A stretch of 64,000 nt of DNA from a bacterium (GTDB taxonomy: Bacteria > UBA8248 > JACPRG01 > G963555815). The position numbers were made by a program, and so were the translations under genes. A model generated the notes under the pieces. It made no database searches, was not told the origin of the DNA, and saw nothing but the letters and a program-made list of their open reading frames with translations. How positions within the stretch are numbered: the stretch's first letter is position 1; each line of letters begins with the position of its first letter. This document shows, piece by piece, positions 60,130 through 64,000 of this stretch. The stretch is taken from positions 736,001 through 800,000 of the forward strand of contig OZ244653.1 of assembly GCA_965218795.1 (NCBI GenBank), given 5' to 3'.

Positions 60130-62644
60130 TTATGCTCCGGCATTGGGCGCGTCCCCGCCCCAAACGCGGGCGATGGCGGTCTGGCTCTTTTTCTCGAAGC
60201 GATCAATCAGTTCGCGGTTGACGGCGACAAGGGCCTGCTCGGCTTCAATCTCGGCGACGATGGCTTGCTGGGTTTCAGGGGGCGGGAGGGGAATCTTGTG
60301 TTCCTCGACCACCGTCTTCCGCATAGAGGGCGGCTGTGCATCGCTCTGCCCAACGCGAAAGGTCGAATGCCAACAACCAGGTGTGGAGGAAATCCGGTAA
60401 GAGCTTGGAGTTCGGCACGACCCCCATGACATTATTGTCATATGTCGAATCGCGGGTGAGAAGACGTTTTTTGTTCGTGGCAATAGCCGCACCAATCTTT
60501 GGGAAAATGACTGTTCCAGCGGGGAATGTCTTGGCCTTGAGTTCCCGAAGAACACCACTGGATATTGCGTTGTTCCACGACACAATCCGCACTTCGTTGC
60601 CCGGCAAGTTCATATCGCTGACCTTTAGGAACGGAATCTTCTCCTCGCTCTTGCCTTGATAAGCAGTAGGGAAACCAAAACCGCTTTCAACAGATGCCAC
60701 TTCTTTGATTGCCACCATTGGCCAGTCGGGGTCGATGGGGATGTGGGGGCGGTAGTTGTCGATGACGGCACGGGCGCCGTCGATGATCTTCTGGTAGCCC
60801 TCGATCTCGGCGACGATTTCCTTCTGCACTTCCGGCGGCGGTAGGGGAATTTTAAGCTTTTTGATGTCGTCCTTATTGATTGATGCAAACGCTGCTCCCG
60901 TGTTACCAGTTATCTCTCCTTCCAAGCTCCGCAGAACGTAGAAGGCATAAGCTGTGAGCAGTTGGTTCGTTTCGGGCCTTATGGCGGAAAGGCCGCGGCC
61001 AATGCAGATTCGTTCAGTCGCCAGATTGACCGGACCAACCGGAGCACGCACAGACATGAGGATATCGCCTTCCTGGGCAAATCTCTGAGGATCGGTAGTC
61101 CATTTTGTTGGTTCCCCGATCCATAATTGACCAAACTCAGTTTTACCCTGATAGAAGGGCGCGCCAATGCCTGTATCGTTGTAGGACTTTCCAGCTGGTG
61201 ACTGTCCGGCAATAACTTCTGCAACTTTGCCCAATGGCACTATGGGAAAGTGCGATGTGCGGATGCCATTTTCCCGATACCGCTCCCCGCTCAGGTTGTA
61301 ATCCCCATTCGCGGCGATCCTTTCCTTTTCCACGATGAGGGCGGCCCCCCGTTCGATGAAGCTTCTTAACATGGATGAACAGGATTCCTCCTTATCCTGT
61401 CTATCCTGTGCATCCATGTTCATGTATTCCTTCACGCCCTGCGCTGTCTCCGGCAGGTCGTTCCTGTCAACCTCCCGCCGCTGCGCTCCCAGGTCGAACC
61501 CGTCGTTCTCCACCTTGAAGAAGCCGATGCGGTCCGTCCGTTTTGCCAGCGACTTGTCCAGCAGCAGGACCGAGGTCTTGACGCCGGAATACGGCTTAAA
61601 CACGCCGGCCGGCAGTGAAACGACCGCAACCAAGTACTCCTCGACAAGCATCCTGCGAAGCTGTTTGTGGGCGTTCTGGCTCTGGAAGATGATCCCCTCG
61701 GGCACGATGATGCCCGCGCGGCCCGCAGGCGTCAGGTGCTCGGCCATGTAGTCCACGAACAGCACCTCGCTCCGCTTGGACTGCACCGAGAAGCGGTTGT
61801 GGGGCCGGATCCCGCCTTTCGGCGACATGAACGGCGGATTCGCCAGAATCACGTCCGCGTATTCGTTCCAGCGTTCCTCGCTGGTGAGCGTGTCGTACTC
61901 GGAAATATGCGGGTCATTGAAGCCGTGCAGGTACATGTTGACCAGCGACAGGCGCACCATGTCGGGCGAAATGTCGTAGCCCTCGAGGTTGGCGGCCAGC
62001 CGCGTCCGTTCGTCGGGAGTCAAGGCGCTCTGGCCGTTTTCATCCGTGTTCGCCTTAAGGATGTGCTTATACGACGAAATCAGGAAACCGGCGGTGCCGC
62101 AGGCGGGGTCGAACAGCTTCTCGTCTTTTTGGGGGTCAACGATCTCGACGATGAAGTCGATGATGTGGCGCGGCGTGCGGAACTGCCCCGCGTCGCCCTG
62201 GGAGCCGAGGACGGAGAGCAGGTACTCGAAGGCGTCGCCCAGGCGCTCGCTGTGATCGTAGGTGAACTCGTCGATGACCTTGAGAAAGGCCCGCAGGGTC
62301 TCCGGGTCGCGATAGGGCAGATAGGCGTTCTTGAAGATGTCGCGGAAGAGCAGGGGGATACCCGGGTTCTCCGGCATCCGGGCGATGGCCTCGGCGTAGA
62401 GGTTCAGGGTCTCATGGCCGCCGAGTCCTGCGCGCATCAGCCTGGCCCAGCCGTAGCGGGCGAACTCGCCGGCGAAGAAGCCGCGCTTCCCGCCCAGCTC
62501 CTCGCTCTCCGCGTCGATGTCGTCCATGAACTTGTAGATGAGGGCGATGGTGATCTGCTCGACCTGGCTTTTGGGGTCGGGCACCTTGCCCACGAGGATG
62601 TCGCGGGCGGTGTCGATGCGTCGCCTGGTGTCGGCGTCCAGCAT
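60130..62644 (-). CDS. Fused HsdM-HsdS (N6-adenine methyltransferase + two TRDs) with a 1-nt frameshift near 60346
   Basis: GQFRTPRH, DPACGTAGF, NPPF; two IPLPPPE.Q..IVAEIE repeats; the true C-terminus continues in ORF 60130-60585. Confidence 0.88.
61368..61420. repeat. In-frame palindromic insertion inside hsdM-S
   Basis: AACATGGATGAACAGGAT ... ATCCTGTGCATCCATGTT, 17/18 complementary. Confidence 0.75.
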
Positions 62645-62656
62645 GGGGCCTCCTCT

Positions 62657-64000
62657 CTAGGGGTACGGAGCAAACTGGTTCAGGGAAACGTAATCCTTGA
62701 CGTAGTTCGGAATGAGAGCGCGGTACTTCTCCGGCACCTCGCTGAAATTGGCGAGGGATAAGGTCAGGTTCGTGGCGAGTTCGGCGTATCGCCTCTCGTC
62801 GATGATGGCGCGAATCCGGTCGCTCGTGACATACGCCTCGAAGTAGCTCTTCATGGCCGGGATGGCGCCAGCCTCCTCGGGTTTATGATCGGCGATGAAC
62901 TTGGCGAATTCCTCCTCCAGCAGATCGCGCCTGGACTTGAAGTGGGGAATGAGGTCGAAGACCCTCTCCAGAATCTCGCGCAATGTGACGCGGCGATCCA
63001 CGTCGGCGGCCTTGCGCAGCTTGTCGAGGTTGTAATACTCCTCGGGCTTGTCGAAGACCTCGCGGTTCACGTAGTCGATGACGCGACTCCACTCGCCTTT
63101 CCCGACGGCGTCGGCGATGGTCGCATCCTCCCGCGCGGTCTCCCTGAACCTGTCGAACAACATCCGGTCGACCTTCATCCCCCGGGGGCCGACGGTCTCC
63201 TCCTCAATCGTCGAGATGATGTCCTCGCCCAGGTACTCGTATGCGCCATCAACCCGAACCGGCCCCTTGCCCGCCGGGTCGGAATCACCCCCGTCTCCGC
63301 CCTGCGGCAGCTTCAACACCTCATCATAGTTGTACTCGGTCTCGAAGTATTCATAGTTGGCGAAGAAATCGAAAAGCCTGAACGTGGTCTTTTTCGTCTT
63401 TTCCGATTCGGGGAAGTCGTCCTTGAGCCTCTCATCAACAAGCTCTTGCCTGAAATCGTGCGGACGGGTTCCGCGTCCTTTGATTTGCACGAAATCGGTG
63501 GGCGAGAAGATGGGACGAAACAGGCCGATGTTCAGAATATCGGTGCAGTCATAACCGGTGGTCATCATGCCCACCGTCACGCAGACGCGGGCCTTGCTCG
63601 TCCGGTAACCGTCCAGGAAGTTGGCCGAGCCGAGCAGGTTGTTGTTGGCGAAGTTGACAGTGAACTTCTGAGCATCGGCGATCTGCGAGGTCACCTGCAC
63701 GGCGAAGTCGGACTGGTACTTGCCGGGGAACATTCTGTCGGCGATCTGGTTGAATATCTGCGTCAGCTTGGCCGCGTGGCTCTGGCTCACGGCGAAGACG
63801 ATGGACTTGCCAATCTCGCCGCTGACCGGATCGCGCAGAGCATTCTCCAGGAAGGTCTTGCAGAAGAGCTGGTTGGTGGCGTCAGAGTAAAAGCGCTTCT
63901 CGAACTCGCGCTTTTTGTAGATTTCCTCCCACTCCTCGCCCTCATCGTCGGTGAATGCGGCGACGAAGCCATCCTCGGAGAGGAGTTGCGTGGTTACTTC
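62657..64000 (-). CDS. hsdR: Type I restriction enzyme R subunit, C-terminal part (5' end off window)
   Basis: GKSIVFA, VGMMTTGYD, QIKGRGTR, LFDFF helicase C-terminal motifs; frame open to the window edge; upstream of hsdM-S. Confidence 0.88.
   Translation of the reverse strand, partial: EVTTQLLSEDGFVAAFTDDEGEEWEEIYKKREFEKRFYSDATNQLFCKTFLENALRDPVSGEIGKSIVFAVSQSHAAKLTQIFNQIADRMFPGKYQSDFAVQVTSQIADAQKFTVNFANNNLLGSANFLDGYRTSKARVCVTVGMMTTGYDCTDILNIGLFRPIFSPTDFVQIKGRGTRPHDFRQELVDERLKDDFPESEKTKKTTFRLFDFFANYEYFETEYNYDEVLKLPQGGDGGDSDPAGKGPVRVDGAYEYLGEDIISTIEEETVGPRGMKVDRMLFDRFRETAREDATIADAVGKGEWSRVIDYVNREVFDKPEEYYNLDKLRKAADVDRRVTLREILERVFDLIPHFKSRRDLLEEEFAKFIADHKPEEAGAIPAMKSYFEAYVTSDRIRAIIDERRYAELATNLTLSLANFSEVPEKYRALIPNYVKDYVSLNQFAPYP

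Overview
GC-rich bacterial chromosomal window, lineage not assignable from sequence alone. Positions 1-32 kb are accessory metabolism: N-heterocycle/amide catabolic enzymes, LLM oxidoreductases, a Rieske-cytochrome b-octaheme HAO-like operon, duplicated NMT1-type binding proteins, a partial glycine/sarcosine/betaine reductase operon and a molybdoenzyme. Three genes (grdB, grdA and a two-domain AhpD/CMD protein) contain an in-frame UGA followed by a SECIS-like hairpin and are best read as selenoproteins. Positions 32-48 kb are mostly core genes (tRNA-Glu, tRNA-Gln, gltX, moeA, ECF sigma, lgt, secA) plus mrr and an IS481. Positions 48-64 kb hold an IS1111-group (IS110 family) element and a defence island: ATPase+DUF3226, REP/RAYT, TA modules and a type I-like R plus fused M-S. 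The strongest signal is in the IS1111 3' non-coding region, which folds by eye into two parallel guide loops. One matches the element's own circle junction; the other spells a Shine-Dalgarno + spacer + ATG (CAAGGAGAACGACATG), and the element sits between the SD and start codon of a reductase gene. A second unusual structure is a cassette array delimited by repeated copies of the hsdS 3' tail and by REPs. All product calls come from motif recognition by eye; no searches were run.
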